Positions 17,261 through 26,936 of a DNA stretch of 52,571 bases are shown here, piece after piece; the stretch's first letter is position 1, and each line of letters begins with the position of its first letter. The stretch is from a virus (taxonomy: Duplodnaviria > Caudoviricetes): the IMG/VR virus record IMGVR_UViG_3300031670_000002, positions 1-52,571 of that record. One strand, 5' to 3'. The notes under the pieces were generated by a model that saw only the letters and a list, made by a program, of their open reading frames with translations, made no database searches and was not told the DNA's origin. The position numbers were made by a program, and so were the translations under genes.

Positions 17261-17626
17261 GTGGCGATTAGCGCGCAAGAGTTAGCAAGCATACAGGCCG
17301 ATTTGCAAGCGCAAGTCTGCGATAAGACGTGCATCATTCAGCGCGAGACAAGCAGCACGCCTGACGGCATCGGCAGCAGCGCGCCGACGTTCACGACGGT
17401 GGCAACGACGGTGGCGGGCGTGACCTTGCCGACGGCTAACGACTTGCAAAATTTCGCCTATGAGATTGGCGACAAGGCCACGTTCAAGGTGCATGTCCCG
17501 TATGGCACGAACGTCAAGGCGCTTGATCACCTGCTCATCGAAGCGCAGACGCTGGAGGTGCATATCTTGCTTGACCCGCATAGCGTGCCGGGGCTTTTAC
17601 CGTTGTTAGTCGTGGAGATCAAATAA
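17261..17626 (+). CDS. Head closure/stopper protein
   Basis: TCIIQR...DGIG...VPYGTNVKALD; synteny. Confidence 0.7.
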   Translation: MAISAQELASIQADLQAQVCDKTCIIQRETSSTPDGIGSSAPTFTTVATTVAGVTLPTANDLQNFAYEIGDKATFKVHVPYGTNVKALDHLLIEAQTLEVHILLDPHSVPGLLPLLVVEIK

Positions 17627-18027
17627 TGCCGATCATCAACCGCTTTCCGCAGATTGCCGCCAACTTGCGCCCGGTGGTGAGTCAGTTGGTGCGCAAGGCC
17701 GCATTTGACATTGCCGCCAATGCAGCATCAGGCGCGGCAGTGGATACTGGCTTTATGAAAAATAGCATCTACGTCGTCACGTCGGGCGACAGCACGTATG
17801 GCGGCGGCGGCACACCGCCAGGCGACTCGTTTCTCTTGCCAGAAGTGGCCGCGCCGTCCGATGATCTGTCGGCTATCGTGGCCTGCGGGGCGAATTATTC
17901 GGTGTATATCGAGATGGGGACGCGCTTCATGGCCGCGCAGCCGTTCTTCTTCCCGGCGGTTGACCAGGGCGCGGCAGCCTTTGCGAGCGTGGCGTCGGCG
18001 TTTGAGTCGCTGTTGGGGGCCGTATGA
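17626..18027 (+). CDS. HK97 gp10-like neck protein
   Basis: VDTGFMKNSI...YSVYIEMGTRFMAAQPFFFPA. Confidence 0.88.
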   Translation: MPIINRFPQIAANLRPVVSQLVRKAAFDIAANAASGAAVDTGFMKNSIYVVTSGDSTYGGGGTPPGDSFLLPEVAAPSDDLSAIVACGANYSVYIEMGTRFMAAQPFFFPAVDQGAAAFASVASAFESLLGAV

Positions 18028-18467
18028 GCGCGAGTGAGGCTGTGCTGGGCTTGCAATTCCTGTTCGGCATTCTCTCAGCAGACAGCACGCTCGCAAGTTA
18101 CGCGCCGGGCGGCGGCTTTCGCTCGCTTGCGCCTGACGGCACGGCCACGCCGTTCTGGGTCGTCAGTTTGCAATCGGCGGGCAAGGACAGCATGACCCAA
18201 CAGGCCGTGCGCTTGCTCGCTAACCCGCTGTTCCTGATCAAGGTGTCAGGCCCGGCCTCGCAGATGGCGGCCATTGCCGACGCGGCGGCACAAATCGATG
18301 TGCTGTTAGGCGGCGGGCAGGGCTTGCGCAACCGATCCGTGACCGGCGGCTGGATCGCGGCCTGCTACCGCGAAAGCGTGCATTTGCAGGACGAGGGCCC
18401 GATCAATGGCGTGGTGTGGTCGAATCTCGGCGGGTTGTACCGGATGGAGATCGAGCAAAGTTCGTAA
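18024..18467 (+). CDS. Tail terminator/completion protein
   Basis: LSADSTLA...APDGTATPF; synteny. Confidence 0.7.
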   Translation: MSASEAVLGLQFLFGILSADSTLASYAPGGGFRSLAPDGTATPFWVVSLQSAGKDSMTQQAVRLLANPLFLIKVSGPASQMAAIADAAAQIDVLLGGGQGLRNRSVTGGWIAACYRESVHLQDEGPINGVVWSNLGGLYRMEIEQSS

Positions 18468-18514
18468 TCCGATAGTCTATTCCTTCATGTCGTGAGACAG
18501 CATAGGAGCATAAT

Positions 18515-19804
18515 ATGACCTGGACACCAGAAGTTTCCGCGGTAAACCAACGGGTACAAGTTGGCGCGGAAAGTACCAGCGCGCTCGGCACGGCGGTCGC
18601 CTGTGGCAAGTACCTGGAGTGTTTTGATTTTACCTTTGGCATCAGTCCCGATGTCGTCTTTTACACCGCGACGGGGCATAAATACGCCACGGCGCAGGAA
18701 GAGAATATGGAATGGGTCGATGGCAGCGCATCCGGCTGGCTCGACTACAACGGCCTCATCTACATCTTCGGCGGCGCGATGGGCGCGACCACACCGGTTG
18801 CGCACGGCAGCAGCGCCGTCGCCAAAGACTGGGTCTTCACACCGCCGATCACCGGCTCCATCGTGCCGCAGACGCTCTCGTTTCAGCAGGGCGACGCGAT
18901 CCGGGCGCGCGAGTTCGCCTATGGCCTCTTCACCGAGGTTGGCTACAAAATCACGCGCAAAGAGACGACGCTCACCGCCAAACTGATCGGGCAGCCACTG
19001 ACCGACGATATCGTACTCACCTCCAATCCAACCACAATTGCCGTTGCGCCGATATCCGGCAAGCAGGTCAGCGTCTTTCTTGACACCACGCAGGCCGGGC
19101 TTGGCACGACGCAACTCTTGCGCGCCCTGGCCGTTGACTGGGCCTTCAATTCCATTTACGGCCAATTGTGGGTACTGAACCGCTCGACGGTGGGCTTCAC
19201 GGCGCACGTCGATAGCAAGCCGACCTGCACCGTCAAGATTTTGGAAGAAGCCAACGCGGAGGGCATGGCGTTCCTCTCGTACCTGCAAAGCGGCGTGACC
19301 TACTACCTGCGCGTGCAAGCGCAAGGCGCGTGCATCGACAATCTCACGAGCGTCTCGCTAGGTAGCCCATCGGCAGGCACATTCACCCTCACCTATGGCG
19401 GCCAAACCACGGCCACGATTGCTTACAACGCCGCGGCATCCGCCGTCGAGTCCGCACTGGCCTTGCTCAGCAGCATCCCATCCGGCGATGTCACCGTGAC
19501 CGGCTCAGCAGGCGGGCCGTATGCCATTGAACTGACGGGCGCGCTGCTCAACGCGCAAAGCGGCGGCGTGCTGTCCGCGATTACCGGATCAGGCACGGGC
19601 CTCACCGGCGGCACATTTGCCGTGACGGGCGAGCAGTCCTATCTCGCCATGACGCACGATATGGCAATCAAAGTCGGCAAGCCCTCCAATTTTGAGGATA
19701 GCGACGGCGTGTATGCGATTGAGTGGGAATGCACCGTCGTCGAGGATTCGACCTGGGGTCACGCGCAAATCTTGACCCTCACCAACCTGCTCACCAGCTT
19801 ATAA
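18515..19804 (+). CDS. Major tail tube protein with an inserted accessory domain
   Basis: VQVGAEST..GT N-terminus; lies before the chaperone and tape measure genes. Confidence 0.8.
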   Translation: MTWTPEVSAVNQRVQVGAESTSALGTAVACGKYLECFDFTFGISPDVVFYTATGHKYATAQEENMEWVDGSASGWLDYNGLIYIFGGAMGATTPVAHGSSAVAKDWVFTPPITGSIVPQTLSFQQGDAIRAREFAYGLFTEVGYKITRKETTLTAKLIGQPLTDDIVLTSNPTTIAVAPISGKQVSVFLDTTQAGLGTTQLLRALAVDWAFNSIYGQLWVLNRSTVGFTAHVDSKPTCTVKILEEANAEGMAFLSYLQSGVTYYLRVQAQGACIDNLTSVSLGSPSAGTFTLTYGGQTTATIAYNAAASAVESALALLSSIPSGDVTVTGSAGGPYAIELTGALLNAQSGGVLSAITGSGTGLTGGTFAVTGEQSYLAMTHDMAIKVGKPSNFEDSDGVYAIEWECTVVEDSTWGHAQILTLTNLLTSL

Positions 19805-19813
19805 GGAGCCTGT

Positions 19814-20167
19814 ATGCCAATTACCTTAGCCAAAATCACCAGCAACACCGCCGAGATCAGCATGATGGTCGGCGAGGATACGGTCAACGTCACGTACTAT
19901 CCAGGTCGCGTGACGGAGAAAACCATCGCGCAATTGCAGGGCTATGCCGATGTCAACCCCGATCACTTTGCCGAAACCGTGCATGAGGTCAACGTGCTGA
20001 TGGCAAGCCTCATCAAGAGTTGGGATGTGTACGAGGATGAGGCGCAAACCGTGATGTTTCCGCTTGACCCGGAGCGGTTGGCGGAACTGCCGTTCATGTT
20101 TCGCACCAAAGTGGTGGTGGCGATCATGCAGGATATCCGCCCGGAAGCGGACGCGCCGCAGATGTAG
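19814..20167 (+). CDS. Tail assembly chaperone (G-like)
   Basis: LIKSWDV motif; between tail tube and tape measure genes. Confidence 0.75.
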   Translation: MPITLAKITSNTAEISMMVGEDTVNVTYYPGRVTEKTIAQLQGYADVNPDHFAETVHEVNVLMASLIKSWDVYEDEAQTVMFPLDPERLAELPFMFRTKVVVAIMQDIRPEADAPQM

Positions 20168-20385
20168 AGCGCAAGAATCTGCGGCGGTATCTGGTCTTTA
20201 GCGCGCGCGGTGTCGAGTCGGACAATGTGACGTGTCCCGACTATTATCCGCTGTTCGTGGCGGCAGACCGCTGCCATTGCAAGCCGTGGGAACTGCTCGA
20301 CGTGCCGCTGTTCTGGCGCGAAAAGGCGCTCATCGTGCAGTCTGCCGAGAATGAGGCGCGCGAGCAAATCGACGCGCATAAGTAG
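20164..20385 (+). CDS. Tail assembly chaperone C-terminal extension (T-like, -1 frame)
   Basis: Open -1 frame without an ATG: ERKNLRRYL...CKPWELLDVPLFW. Confidence 0.55.
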   Translation, partial: VERKNLRRYLVFSARGVESDNVTCPDYYPLFVAADRCHCKPWELLDVPLFWREKALIVQSAENEAREQIDAHK

Positions 20386-20434
20386 GGAACATGGTCGCAC
20401 TCACGTCAGCACAATCGAATAAGGCGGTGCGCGC

Positions 20435-23173
20435 ATGGCGGTAATTGCCGCGCAATTGGAAGCCGTCGTCAGCGCAACGGGCGTGACCACGACGCAAGCG
20501 CAACTGGAGGAAATGGGCGCGGCTGCGGATGGCGCGGGCGTCGCACTTGATTCGATCAGCGGCGCGGCATCGGGCGCGGGCGCGGGCCTGGACACGGCAG
20601 GAACGGGCGCGGCGGGCGCGGGTACAGGCTTCGATACGATGGCGGGATCGGCGGATGCTGCCGCCACGGCACTGTCCGGGGTCGATGGCGCGCTCAGCAC
20701 GACGGCGGGCGCGGCAGATACGGCGGCGGCGGGCGCGACGGACGCAGGCGGCGGACTCGATGTGCTGGCGGGTAGCGCGGATGTGGCGGCGGCCAGCGTG
20801 ACTGGCGTTGATACGGCGCTCGGCGGCGCGGATGTGGCGATGGCGACCAGCGCGGCCTCGGCGGATGCGACCGCGACGCAATTCTCCGTGCTTGGCACGA
20901 TGAGCGATAGCACGGCGTCGAGTATGAAGTCGTTTATCGGCGGCATTCCGCTATTGGCTGCCGCCGCCGTGGTCGCGGTGGGCGCGCTCTCCGTCAAGAT
21001 GGCCGGTGACTTTCAAGAGAGCATGACGCAGCTCGTGACCGGCGCGGGCGAGAGCAAATCGAACCTGGACATGGTGAGCCAGGGCGTGCTGAATATGGCC
21101 GTGACCACTGGCACATCGACCAAAGACCTGTCAGACGGCCTCTATATGATCGAGAGTGCGGGGCAGCACGGGGCGCAAGGACTGGAAACCCTCAAAATCG
21201 CGGCAGAGGCGGCTAAGGTGGGAAATGCTTCTTTAGCCGATGTGGCAAACGGCGTGACGACCGCCATGACCGATTATGCGGGCGAAAATCTCACTGCCGC
21301 GCAGGCCGCCAACACGCTGATTGCGACGGTGGCGAGCGGCAAAACGCACATGCAGGACTTGTCACAGGCGCTCAGCACAATCCTTCCGGTTGCTAGTTCG
21401 GTGGGCGTGTCGTTCAACAACGTGATGGCGGCGATGGCAACCATGACCGGCGAGGGTGTCCCGGCAGCCGATGCGGCGACGTACTTGCGCCAGACCTTGA
21501 TGAGCCTGGAAAATCCCTCAACCAAAGGCGCGGCGGCACTCAAATCTATCGGCCTGACATCTGGACAGGTCGCATCGGAGATGAAAAAGTCGCTGCCTGA
21601 CGCCTTGAAACTGATTACCGAGCATTTGGCAAAGAAATTCCCGGTCGGCTCACAGAAGTACAACGCGGCCATCGCGGCCATCGCGGGCGGCACAAAGCAA
21701 ATGCAGGGCGTGCTTGACCTCACAGGAACGCATCTCAAAACGTTCGATAAGAACGTGAAAACGATTGCGAGCAGCGTCAAGCATGGCGGCAAGAGTGTCA
21801 CGGGCTGGTCGGAAACACAAAAAGATTTCAATTTCCAGATGGCGCAGGCGGGCGAAATCCTCCAAACCGGCATGATCCGCGCTGGCACGGCGTTGATGCC
21901 GATTGTGAGCAAGCTAGTCAGCGGCTTCGTGTCCTTTGTCGGTACGATGAGCCGATTCGTCGGGTGGCTCAGCAAAGGCTCGGCGGGCGCAACCATCGTG
22001 AAGGGCGTGCTGGCGGGCCTGGCTTTGGGTGTGCTGGCGTTCGTGGCGACGGCAATCCCGCCGCTGCTGGTGGCATTCGGCGCGTGGGCCGTGGCGGCAG
22101 GATCGGCGGCGCTCATGACGATCATTGCTGCCGCGCCGTTTATCGCCGTGGGTCTGGCTATCGGTATCCTGGTGGCGGGCATCGTGCTGGCAATTCAGCA
22201 CTGGGGAGCGATCGTCAAGTTTTTCGAGGGCTTGTGGAAGACCGTGTGGGGCGCGGTCTCGTCGTTCTTCGTCTCCATATGGTCAAGTATCAAGGGCTTT
22301 TTCGTCAATACCTGGAATAGCATCGTTGCGTTCTTTACGGGTGCGGTCAAGGCCGTGGTCAACTTCGTCAAGTCGCATTGGCAGTTACTGGTCTCAATCA
22401 TCGGCGGGCCAATTGTGGCAATAGCTTTGCTGATCATCACGCATTTCACGCAAATCAAGGCATTTTTTGTCCAAATTTGGTCAGATGTAAAAGCGGCATT
22501 TACGGCAGCACTGAACTTTTTGGTTTCGCTGGTCACGACGTTTGTGTCCAACGAGGTCAGAGGCTGGACGAATCTGTGGAATCGCGTGAAATCGATTGCC
22601 ACCTCGCTGTGGGCGGATGTGGTCGGCGTCTTTAACGCGGCGGTTGGGCGCGTGAAAAGCGCGATCTCGACGATCTGGAATGGCATCGTCTCCATCGTGA
22701 CGACGTGGCCGTCCAAAGCTCTGCAATGGGGCGTCGATATGATCAAGGGGCTGATTTCGGGCATCACCTCGATGATCGGCGGCATCGGCAGTGCGGTCGG
22801 GTCAATTGCCAGCAAGATCGCCGGGTTCCTGCACTTCAGCAAGCCCGATGTAGGGCCTTTGCGCGATGTGGATAAGTGGATGCCCGATCTGGGGGATAAG
22901 CTAGCGAAGTCGCTTACGGCGCAGATACCGAAATTGTCGGCGGCAGTGAACCTGCTGGTGAAGCCGGTGTCCAGCACGCTGTCCGGCATTGGCGCCACGA
23001 TGCCACGAATGCCGTCAGGCGCGGCCATGCTCCCCGGCAGCACGCCTGCACAGGCCGATCCCTATGCCGGTCGCCCGATCATCCTGCAAATCGACAGCAC
23101 GCAATTCGCGCGCGTGGTGATGCCGCTGGTGGCTCAGCAACTGCGGTATCGTGTCGGCGTGGGAGGGCGGTAA
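20435..23173 (+). CDS. Tape measure protein
   Basis: 912 aa, Ala/Gly-rich, TP901-type core, W/F-periodic C-terminal repeats. Confidence 0.92.
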   Translation: MAVIAAQLEAVVSATGVTTTQAQLEEMGAAADGAGVALDSISGAASGAGAGLDTAGTGAAGAGTGFDTMAGSADAAATALSGVDGALSTTAGAADTAAAGATDAGGGLDVLAGSADVAAASVTGVDTALGGADVAMATSAASADATATQFSVLGTMSDSTASSMKSFIGGIPLLAAAAVVAVGALSVKMAGDFQESMTQLVTGAGESKSNLDMVSQGVLNMAVTTGTSTKDLSDGLYMIESAGQHGAQGLETLKIAAEAAKVGNASLADVANGVTTAMTDYAGENLTAAQAANTLIATVASGKTHMQDLSQALSTILPVASSVGVSFNNVMAAMATMTGEGVPAADAATYLRQTLMSLENPSTKGAAALKSIGLTSGQVASEMKKSLPDALKLITEHLAKKFPVGSQKYNAAIAAIAGGTKQMQGVLDLTGTHLKTFDKNVKTIASSVKHGGKSVTGWSETQKDFNFQMAQAGEILQTGMIRAGTALMPIVSKLVSGFVSFVGTMSRFVGWLSKGSAGATIVKGVLAGLALGVLAFVATAIPPLLVAFGAWAVAAGSAALMTIIAAAPFIAVGLAIGILVAGIVLAIQHWGAIVKFFEGLWKTVWGAVSSFFVSIWSSIKGFFVNTWNSIVAFFTGAVKAVVNFVKSHWQLLVSIIGGPIVAIALLIITHFTQIKAFFVQIWSDVKAAFTAALNFLVSLVTTFVSNEVRGWTNLWNRVKSIATSLWADVVGVFNAAVGRVKSAISTIWNGIVSIVTTWPSKALQWGVDMIKGLISGITSMIGGIGSAVGSIASKIAGFLHFSKPDVGPLRDVDKWMPDLGDKLAKSLTAQIPKLSAAVNLLVKPVSSTLSGIGATMPRMPSGAAMLPGSTPAQADPYAGRPIILQIDSTQFARVVMPLVAQQLRYRVGVGGR

Positions 23174-23175
23174 CT

Positions 23176-26100
23176 ATGACCGTCGCTCTCACGGCTTTTG
23201 GCACATCAATCGCATCGACCACGCTGCCGACGGCGGGAACGCTGGCAACGACGACGTGGCGCGGCGCGGACGGTGGCATCGACACGAAAATCAGCAATGC
23301 GCTGGGCTATGGCGAACTGACGGCGCTGGGAACGAACACGGTGTGGGCTGCGGCAGCCGGGCCGATTGGCAGTATCGCGCCATCGGGCCTCGGCTGGCTG
23401 CTCGATAGCGCGCTCTTGTTTGGGCAGACGATTGAGAACGGGCTGTGGACGCCGAGCGTGACCTTGCGCGTGACGCTGGGGACGATCACGGCGGATATGT
23501 ACTTTCGTTCGTGGATATACGACACCTCCACAGGCGTGTACACGCCGATTGGCACGCTGCTGCTCTCAGGGCAAACCATCAGCTCGAAGACGACGTACAC
23601 GTGGGCCGCGCTGGGTCTGTCCGCCGCGTCATTCAGTTTCACGCAATATTTGTATCTCGATTGCATCCTCAACGTGCTGGGCAACTCCAATAGTTCGGGG
23701 TCAAGCGCGCAATTCGCGGTACATCTGTCCTCGGTGGCAGGCGCGGGCGTGGCGGGCGATACGGCGGTCAGCACGCCGGGATTCGCGCCAACCTCGCTCA
23801 TGTACGGCGTGACGACGCTGGAGAAGTACGTCAGCAGCACGACGGCGGCGGAACTGGCGGCGCTAGGGCCGGTCACGGTGCGCCTGCAATGCCACAATAA
23901 GGATCACGACAAGACGCAAGTGGTGAATACCACCAGCGTGACGGCGATCACGGCAGGCGTCAACACGGTCACGCCCGCATCAATGGTCAACATCACCACC
24001 TCGCAGTTGCTGTTCATTGCCGATCCGGCGGGAACCTCGGAATTTGTGACGCCGTCAGGGGTGACTGGCACGTCGTTTACGGCGACGTTTGCCAATGCGC
24101 ATAGCGCGAGCGCGTACACGATTACGGGCGAAACCTTTGACTGGACATCGATGGATACGGCGGTCGATCTGTTTGTGGCGCTTAAATGTCGCATCGTGCT
24201 GACGATAGAAGGTTTTGCGAACTGGTGGCTTGATCCGACATGCAGCTTGCCGATGTGGCAAGGGATGCAAATGTGGGGCTATCAGATCATCCAACGCTAC
24301 GGGTCGGTGATCTGCGGCGTCGAGCAGGGCAATGAAGAATTTGCCTACGTCAGCGGCGCGTGTCGCGATGCGAGCGTCTATTACGGCGTGATTTCGCAGT
24401 CCTACCCGTTCTTGAAACCGCTCAATCCATCGCTCACGGTGGGCTGTTTTGGCTATACGTCCTACAGCGGCAACATCGGCAATAATGGCGATCCAGGCTA
24501 CTGGTTCAACGCGCTCTATGCGCTCGGCGGCGGCCTGTACATGGATTATGCCAACTTCCACTACTATAACGCCGGCCATGACCCGCTGGACGCCAATCCC
24601 GGAGGCGCGCCCGCACTGCTGACGATTGTGGCGGCCATCAATAGCGCGATGGTGAGTAACGGCGTGAATTTGCCTATTCGCGTGACCGAGTTCGGCTGGG
24701 AGGGCAAAGGCAGCAAGGGCAGCACAACCTGCCCGCACGATGTTGGCCCAGCGGTGCAAGGCGCGTATCTGGTGGAGGCGTACACGCTGCTCAAAACCGT
24801 GTCCAATGTGGAGGCGGGCTATCTGTATACCTGCGGCGGCGGCACGTTCTACGACTGCCACGATATCTACGGATTGTCAAGCTATACCACGGTGCAAGCA
24901 TACTTTGCGATTGTGCCGACGCCGCCAGCACCGCCGGGGCCGCCAGTGGTCGGCACCGGGACGTATAGCGTGCAGACGGGCGGCGTGACGCTGTTCGTAT
25001 TGGCCGGCACGCTCAGCATCGATAACACCATCGGCAAACGCTCGCAGGCGTCGTTCACGGCGTACACGAATCCGCCGCTGCACTTTGTGCAATATCAGCA
25101 GGTACAAATCTACGACGCGAGCGGTACGCTGGTGTTTAGCGGCTACATCACGACGCCGCAAGAGCAAAAGCCGGGCTTCCAGAATAGCCTGATCCACACG
25201 ATCACCTGCTGCGACCAGCACTGGCTGGCGGATAAGCGTGTCATGGCGGCGGCATTTACGAACAAGACGTGCGGCGAGATGGTGCAGTGGATTGTCACCA
25301 ACATTCTCGCGCAAGAGGGCGTGACGATTGGGCAGATTTACGACGGCATTCCGCCCGCAACGACGCTCTATCCGCAGACGACGCTCTACCCTGGCGGTAA
25401 CGTCGGGCTTGTGCCGCAAGCCAATTTCGTGTACTGCTCGGTCTCGCAAGCCTTAGACGCGCTGGTCAGCCAGGCGAGCGCGGCGGGCATCCCCTACTAC
25501 TGGCAAATCGACGAAAACAAGGCGCTGTGGTTCGTGCCGTACACGGCTATCGTGAATACGGCGGTCGTCGATGGCACGCAGATCGAACTGGTGCAGAACC
25601 CGCCGACGCTGACACGCGCCAATCCGACGTACAGGAACACGCAGTACATCGGCGGCGGCGTGCAGCAAACGGCGACGCAAACGGAAATCAGGACAGGCGA
25701 CGGCACGACGCAATCGTGGGCGATGGGCTACGAGATGAGCGCCGATCCGACGGCCTCGCCGCCGGTGATTAGCATCGATCTCGGCAATGGCAGTGGCGGC
25801 TATTTGGGCTACACGGTGCAGTCGGTCGGGTTGAAAGGCACATCAGGACAGGCGTTCTACTGGGCGGCAGGCGACGCGATTATTGCGCAGGACAGCAGCG
25901 GCACGAAACTGCGCGGCGCGCCCTATAACGACCTGCTGAAAGTCGTGTACACCGGCCAATATGAGACGATGATCCTGGCGCAAAACGCGGCGCAAGTGGC
26001 CTATCAGGCGCAAGTGGACGGCACATCAGGCATTGTGGAGGAGGTCGAGACGGACGCCACGATTACCAGCATCGCCAACGGCCTGTCAGAGGCGGGGCAA

Positions 26101-26511
26101 CTGCTGACGCGCTACGGCGTGCAAGGCGCGCTCTTGCAATTCACGACACTGCAAAGCGGCTTTGCACAGGGACAGTTGATTACGGTCAATTTGCCGATGT
26201 ATGGCCTCTCCAACGCGCAAATGCTGATTGAGGAGGTGTCCGCGAGCGACCAGACGGATTCATTCAATATCTGGTTCACGGTCAAGGCGGTGCAGGGGCC
26301 GTATGACGTGAGTTGGATCGATTTCTTTATCAAGACGTTCGGGGCAAACGCGCCCGCCAACTCGATCAATGTGGGGCTATCCCAAAATGTGCCGTTCCTG
26401 GCCTCGTTCCCTATGGCAATCTCTGTCGCCATGAGCCTGACTGTCAACGTCTATGCTTGCCCTATCGTCAATACGACGCTGTATCCCAGCGCGACCAATT
26501 ACCCTTGCTGA
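23176..26511 (+). CDS. Tail/baseplate protein containing a clan GH-A glycoside hydrolase domain
   Basis: Follows the tape measure gene; EQGNEE (acid/base), NFHYY and RVTEFGW (nucleophile) motifs; Pro linker, then a tail hub-like C-terminal region. Confidence 0.75.
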   Translation: MTVALTAFGTSIASTTLPTAGTLATTTWRGADGGIDTKISNALGYGELTALGTNTVWAAAAGPIGSIAPSGLGWLLDSALLFGQTIENGLWTPSVTLRVTLGTITADMYFRSWIYDTSTGVYTPIGTLLLSGQTISSKTTYTWAALGLSAASFSFTQYLYLDCILNVLGNSNSSGSSAQFAVHLSSVAGAGVAGDTAVSTPGFAPTSLMYGVTTLEKYVSSTTAAELAALGPVTVRLQCHNKDHDKTQVVNTTSVTAITAGVNTVTPASMVNITTSQLLFIADPAGTSEFVTPSGVTGTSFTATFANAHSASAYTITGETFDWTSMDTAVDLFVALKCRIVLTIEGFANWWLDPTCSLPMWQGMQMWGYQIIQRYGSVICGVEQGNEEFAYVSGACRDASVYYGVISQSYPFLKPLNPSLTVGCFGYTSYSGNIGNNGDPGYWFNALYALGGGLYMDYANFHYYNAGHDPLDANPGGAPALLTIVAAINSAMVSNGVNLPIRVTEFGWEGKGSKGSTTCPHDVGPAVQGAYLVEAYTLLKTVSNVEAGYLYTCGGGTFYDCHDIYGLSSYTTVQAYFAIVPTPPAPPGPPVVGTGTYSVQTGGVTLFVLAGTLSIDNTIGKRSQASFTAYTNPPLHFVQYQQVQIYDASGTLVFSGYITTPQEQKPGFQNSLIHTITCCDQHWLADKRVMAAAFTNKTCGEMVQWIVTNILAQEGVTIGQIYDGIPPATTLYPQTTLYPGGNVGLVPQANFVYCSVSQALDALVSQASAAGIPYYWQIDENKALWFVPYTAIVNTAVVDGTQIELVQNPPTLTRANPTYRNTQYIGGGVQQTATQTEIRTGDGTTQSWAMGYEMSADPTASPPVISIDLGNGSGGYLGYTVQSVGLKGTSGQAFYWAAGDAIIAQDSSGTKLRGAPYNDLLKVVYTGQYETMILAQNAAQVAYQAQVDGTSGIVEEVETDATITSIANGLSEAGQLLTRYGVQGALLQFTTLQSGFAQGQLITVNLPMYGLSNAQMLIEEVSASDQTDSFNIWFTVKAVQGPYDVSWIDFFIKTFGANAPANSINVGLSQNVPFLASFPMAISVAMSLTVNVYACPIVNTTLYPSATNYPC

Positions 26512-26519
26512 GGTGAATT

Positions 26520-26903
26520 ATGACCGCCATTACGAAAACAGATGCTGGCTTAGAACTGTGGCGCGACGGCGCGGCAGGCGCGAATAACCCGATGATTACC
26601 TACGTCGCACTGGGAAACAGCACCACGCCGCCGACGGCAGGGGATACCGCACTTGGGAACGAGACATTCAGAAAAGCGGTCACGACGTATACCGACGGCA
26701 GCACCGGAGAAATTCTCGTCACGATGTACTTAGGCCCAAGCGACGATATTGGCGCCGATATCGAGGAAGTGGGCTTTGTGGGCGGCAGCACCGCCAACGC
26801 GCAACCGAATACCGGTATCCTCATCGCCCACGGCTTATGGAGTCACAATCCAAAGGCTGGGACGGAGAGCATCACTTTTACGCTTGATATGACCTTTAGT
26901 TAG
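26520..26903 (+). CDS. Minor tail/baseplate protein
   Basis: ITYVALGNSTTPPTAGDTALGNETFRK...EEVG motif. Confidence 0.7.
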   Translation: MTAITKTDAGLELWRDGAAGANNPMITYVALGNSTTPPTAGDTALGNETFRKAVTTYTDGSTGEILVTMYLGPSDDIGADIEEVGFVGGSTANAQPNTGILIAHGLWSHNPKAGTESITFTLDMTFS

Positions 26904-26936
26904 TCCTTCACGCCGCGAGGCAGTTAGGAGCATGAT

